In this document: in pieces, positions 61,201 to 64,000 of the stretch
How positions within the stretch are numbered: the first letter of the stretch is position 1
Layout: every line of letters begins with the position of its first letter
Source of the DNA: Candidatus Babeliales bacterium
GTDB taxonomy: Bacteria > Babelota > Babeliae > Babelales > JANWKD01
Assembly: GCA_963722255.1 (NCBI GenBank)
Contig: CAVRJO010000002.1
Span: 1 to 64,000, forward strand
Direction of reading: 5' to 3'
Length of the DNA stretch: 64,000 nucleotides
The notes under the pieces: generated by a model
The model's input: only the letters and a program-made list of their open reading frames with translations
Told to the model about the DNA's origin: nothing
Database searches by the model: none
Translations under genes and position numbers: made by a program

Positions 61201-64000
61201 CGCTTCTCCCGCGGTAGTACCTGATGTAAAGTCAGCTGGGCGTATCCATGCGCCAACTTCATCAAGCCACAATCCATTTTGTATTGGATTTGTTTGTCCT
61301 ACAAGCAGTACTCGTTCCCCTGCAGTAAGTGTTACACCATCAATAGTCTGCAAACCACTTAACGCAACATTAGTAGTACTCACAACTACTGCAGGATTTT
61401 TAACGACAAATCCTGTTGATACTGCAGAGTCAACATATGATTTTGTTGCTACATCTGTAGGATTGGAAGTAGTACCATCAATAGTAATCATATGGGTAGC
61501 AAAATTACCCAAACCATCACGCAATACAATTGTGTTTGGCGTATCCGCACTTGTTGCTGTGGTAGCAGAATTTGCAACTTTACCCGGCGTTGAAATAGTT
61601 GCTAATTTATTATCAGTAATTGCTGCACTTGCACTAATATCAGCATTAACAATGAGTGATGTTGTTAAATTTCCTGAGTTATCATTATGAACAACTCCTG
61701 CCGGTGTTAAGCCGCCAACTTGCAAATTACCATCGGTTGTTAATACACCTGCCGATGAACGGTATAAATCCGTGTCGCCTGCCCATATTAATTTTGCAAC
61801 AGTGTTCGTTGGTAGTGGCGCATTTGTTGCCATTGGAAACAACACTTCATTATTAAAACCATCAAGTTGCATAACACTATTTGAACCGCGCGCTGCTTGG
61901 CCTGATGTATCATTATTGGTATAGGTAAATGCTAAGTTTGCCGAGGTACCAACTTTATCAATGCTCCAGCCACGAACATCAGTACCATTATTAAGACCTG
62001 AAGTATCTGAAATAAGATTAATAGTTGCTTGATTTGTACGATTACCAGTCACCACATAATAATTAGCATCATTATTTGATGCTTGCGTAGCATTAAACGT
62101 TGGATTCGCATTTGGATTTACATACACGGTCCCCTTATTACCATAATAATTGGGTTGGTATTCAAGATTTTGAAATAAAGCTTGTCCATTAAGAACTTGA
62201 TATAATGTTTGACTAACATCAGCAGTATTTCCAATGGTTAATGCTTCATTCGTGGTTCTATCAAAAGCAGAAAAAGTTACATTAGCAGGATTGGATATAC
62301 TTAATTTATTTGTATCAAAAACGCCACCAGCAAAACGAAAGGTCGAGCTACCAAGTTGTAAAACATCTGTCACACAGTTTCTAAAGACTGAAGTTGACCG
62401 AATAAGCGTTGCACTTGTATCTCCGGCAATACCACATTGAATACCAATGCTTGTATTTTGAATTGTAGAAGCATACACAAATATAGATGCCGCTGTTGTT
62501 GCCAACACTGCCGTACCTTGTGGCGTTAATGTTGCATCATTACCATCAACATTACACCCTTCCATAGTTATTATTGTATTTGCTCCCGATGCAGCAACAT
62601 TGGTAGAATTTGCATTATTAATGACAAAATTACAACCAACAACTTCTGTTATACTGCCACCGCTCGCTATAACACCCGTTGTTGTCGTGTCAAAATTGGT
62701 ACTCAAAACTCGTACATTAGATCCACCATTAACTGAGATACCTGTTGCCAGCAAGCGAAGTTCATTACCAATTAAGGTTACTAATGAACTTGTTCCTGTC
62801 ACCATTAAAGCAGTATTTGCTGGCGTTCCACTTACTACTCCAAGGAAAATATTACCTTCTATAAGAACTTGCGCATTACTAATTGAAACTCCTGTTGTAT
62901 TACCCAAAGGTAAAACGTTGATAAGGGCTGCAAGTGGAACTGCACCGAATCCATTCAATGAAAGTCCCGTTTGAAACCCTTCAACAACCATCGATTCAAA
63001 TCCAGCTTGGCCTACTCCAGTAACCACCATATTTACACCACTTGCTGTTGATCCTGGCGCTCCAGCATTTAATGTTAGATTAAGAAAAGAAAAATTCGAC
63101 GTTGTAACATTAAATAAATTATTAGAAAGAGTTGAAGGTACTATAATTGAACCTGTAATAGAACTTCCCACAATACTTATGCCATCAGCAGTAATGGTAA
63201 TTGGACCACCGGAGTTATTTTCAACAAATACTCCAGCACCAATACTAATAACTATTGGATTGCTCAAGCTTGCCACACCATTGGCAACATTTACTGCATG
63301 ACTTACGGTACGAAATGGCGCTGCAAATGAACCATCATTACTATCACTACCGCTCAATGATACATAATAAGTTTCAGTTACGGCAGGTGAGCCTCCAACA
63401 GTCGCCCAGTGAGTAGCCGATGGTGATGTTGCTTGTAACACCTGACCGGCTGTCGGTGCACTTGCTGGTAAATTAACGGTATAACTTGAACCAACGGTTG
63501 CTGGTGCATCCAAACCGACGTAGTTTCCACTGCCGGTTCCATCTTGAAAACGCACTTGCGATTGCAATGCCATATTTAGATTGCCCGTCATAGTATCACC
63601 AGCTTTGAGCACGTTTTGTGATGCAGAACCTGTTAAGGATGCCGTAACAGTTCCAGCTGAAAAATTACCTAATCCATCTCGTAACACAATAGTGTTTGGC
63701 GTATCAGCACTTGTTGCTGTGGTAGCTGAATTTGCAACTTTGCCTGGCGTTGAAATAGTTGCTAATTTATTATCAGTAATTGCTGCACTTGCACTAATAT
63801 CAGCATTAACAATGAGTGATGTTGTTAAATTTCCTGAGTTATCATTATGAACAACTCCTGCCGGTGTTAAGCCGCCAACTTGCAAATTACCATCGGTTGT
63901 TAATACACCTGCCGATGAACGGTATAAATCCGTGTCGCCTGCCCATATTAATTTTGCAACGGTGTTCGTTGGCAATGGTGAATTTGTGGCAACCGGAAAG
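58234..64000 (-). CDS. Giant repetitive fibre/adhesin-like protein with C-terminal C1q domain; 5' end lies beyond the window
   Basis: Frame stays open to the window edge (FPVATNSPLPTN); beta-helix region, tail-fibre-like motifs, eight ~81-86-aa repeats, C1q motif ILFNTVLLDPNSNYNAATGTYTVPVSGVY. Confidence 0.88.
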   Translation of the reverse strand, partial: FPVATNSPLPTNTVAKLIWAGDTDLYRSSAGVLTTDGNLQVGGLTPAGVVHNDNSGNLTTSLIVNADISASAAITDNKLATISTPGKVANSATTATSADTPNTIVLRDGLGNFSAGTVTASLTGSASQNVLKAGDTMTGNLNMALQSQVRFQDGTGSGNYVGLDAPATVGSSYTVNLPASAPTAGQVLQATSPSATHWATVGGSPAVTETYYVSLSGSDSNDGSFAAPFRTVSHAVNVANGVASLSNPIVISIGAGVFVENNSGGPITITADGISIVGSSITGSIIVPSTLSNNLFNVTTSNFSFLNLTLNAGAPGSTASGVNMVVTGVGQAGFESMVVEGFQTGLSLNGFGAVPLAALINVLPLGNTTGVSISNAQVLIEGNIFLGVVSGTPANTALMVTGTSSLVTLIGNELRLLATGISVNGGSNVRVLSTNFDTTTTGVIASGGSITEVVGCNFVINNANSTNVAASGANTIITMEGCNVDGNDATLTPQGTAVLATTAASIFVYASTIQNTSIGIQCGIAGDTSATLIRSTSVFRNCVTDVLQLGSSTFRFAGGVFDTNKLSISNPANVTFSAFDRTTNEALTIGNTADVSQTLYQVLNGQALFQNLEYQPNYYGNKGTVYVNPNANPTFNATQASNNDANYYVVTGNRTNQATINLISDTSGLNNGTDVRGWSIDKVGTSANLAFTYTNNDTSGQAARGSNSVMQLDGFNNEVLFPMATNAPLPTNTVAKLIWAGDTDLYRSSAGVLTTDGNLQVGGLTPAGVVHNDNSGNLTTSLIVNADISASAAITDNKLATISTPGKVANSATTATSADTPNTIVLRDGLGNFATHMITIDGTTSNPTDVATKSYVDSAVSTGFVVKNPAVVVSTTNVALSGLQTIDGVTLTAGERVLLVGQTNPIQNGLWLDEVGAWIRPADFTSGTTAGEAYILTLSGTVNAGSSWVCTTSAAIIDTNPLQFAEFSLPSQTTGANVGAGTGQIFRDKTGVTLNFKTISNGSHIVVTNNANDVNIATDATSANTPNTIVSRDGLGNFSAGTITASLSGNAATATSFTGPLVGDVTGTQGATVVSTVGGQTAANVASGAVAANAATNTNTASTIVKRDVSGNFSAGTITASLTGNVTGNLSGNATTATTAGSATNFTGSLAGDVTGTQGATVVSMVGGQTAASVASATIAANAATSSDTPSTIVKRDASGNFSAGTITANLSGNATTATTATTAGSATNFTGSLAGDVTGTQGATVVSTVGGQTAANVAAATTAANAATSADTNNTIVKRDASGNFSATTITANLSGNATTATSATTATNFTGSLAGDVTGTQGATVVSTVGGQSAANVASATTAANAATNTNTANTIVKRDASGNFSAGTITASLTGNVTGNLSGNATTATTAGSATNFTGSLAGDVTGTQGATVVSTVGGQTAASVASATTAANAATSADTASTIVKRDASGNFSATTITANLSGNATTATSATTAGSATNFTGSLAGDVTGTQGATVVSTVGGQSAANVASGAVAANAATSADTANTIVKRDASGNFSATTITANLSGNATTATSATTATNFTGSLAGDVTGTQGATVVSTVGGQSAANVASATTAANAATNTNTANTIVKRDASGNFSAGTITANLTGNVTGNLTGNATSATTAGSATNFTGSLVGDVTGTQGATVVSSVGGQTAANVAAATVLANAATSSNTASTIVRRDASGNFSAGTITASLIGHASLDVLKTGDTMTGSLILPAGTIAAPALQFSGSTDLGITSSATNMLSLITSGNARLIIDPTGSVTYKSNYKMYAYLNSGQGVNNTTATILFNTVLLDPNSNYNAATGTYTVPVSGVYMVNVGVTATCVGSVERVNINKNGTDITGASVSQTQNTGQFPITTCVLLPFVAGDRIQIHISTTGNDTVIANDTHLAIHYMSF

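Noticed and set aside
58703..63850. Repetitive plus-strand ORFs (MPVTSPA...)
   Set aside because: Antisense shadows of the Thr/Ala/Gly-rich fibre gene

Overview
AT-rich bacterial chromosome segment, most consistent with Candidatus Babelota (Dependentiae/TM6), a protist-infecting intracellular lineage. This is inferred from the many signal-peptide ankyrin and eukaryote-like proteins, EamA transporters, eukaryote/archaeal-type ProS and sparse metabolic genes. Core genes: pseudopilin trio, lnt, rplI, dnaB, ruvC, recF, dnaN, Xer recombinase, proS, Ku, ABC-2 exporter, zapB-zapA-rny-ymdB (the last two heavily frameshifted), infC-rpmI-rplT, ppiD-recA, miaA, carD, dnaK. These are interleaved with orphan secreted proteins and one complete IS1202/ISNCY-type element with an 18-bp target duplication; a giant repetitive C1q-tipped fibre protein runs off the right end. 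Highlights: a dif-like Xer site at 12897-12924 where core-gene orientation converges, putting dnaN-recF near the probable terminus; an in-frame 30-nt transposase fragment captured inside an ankyrin gene; a ruvC remnant bracketing an F-box/ankyrin gene; a candidate sRNA complementary to an extended RBS (AAGGAGAGTAG); and a shared signal peptide + [ASCG]M[EN] motif on putative effectors.
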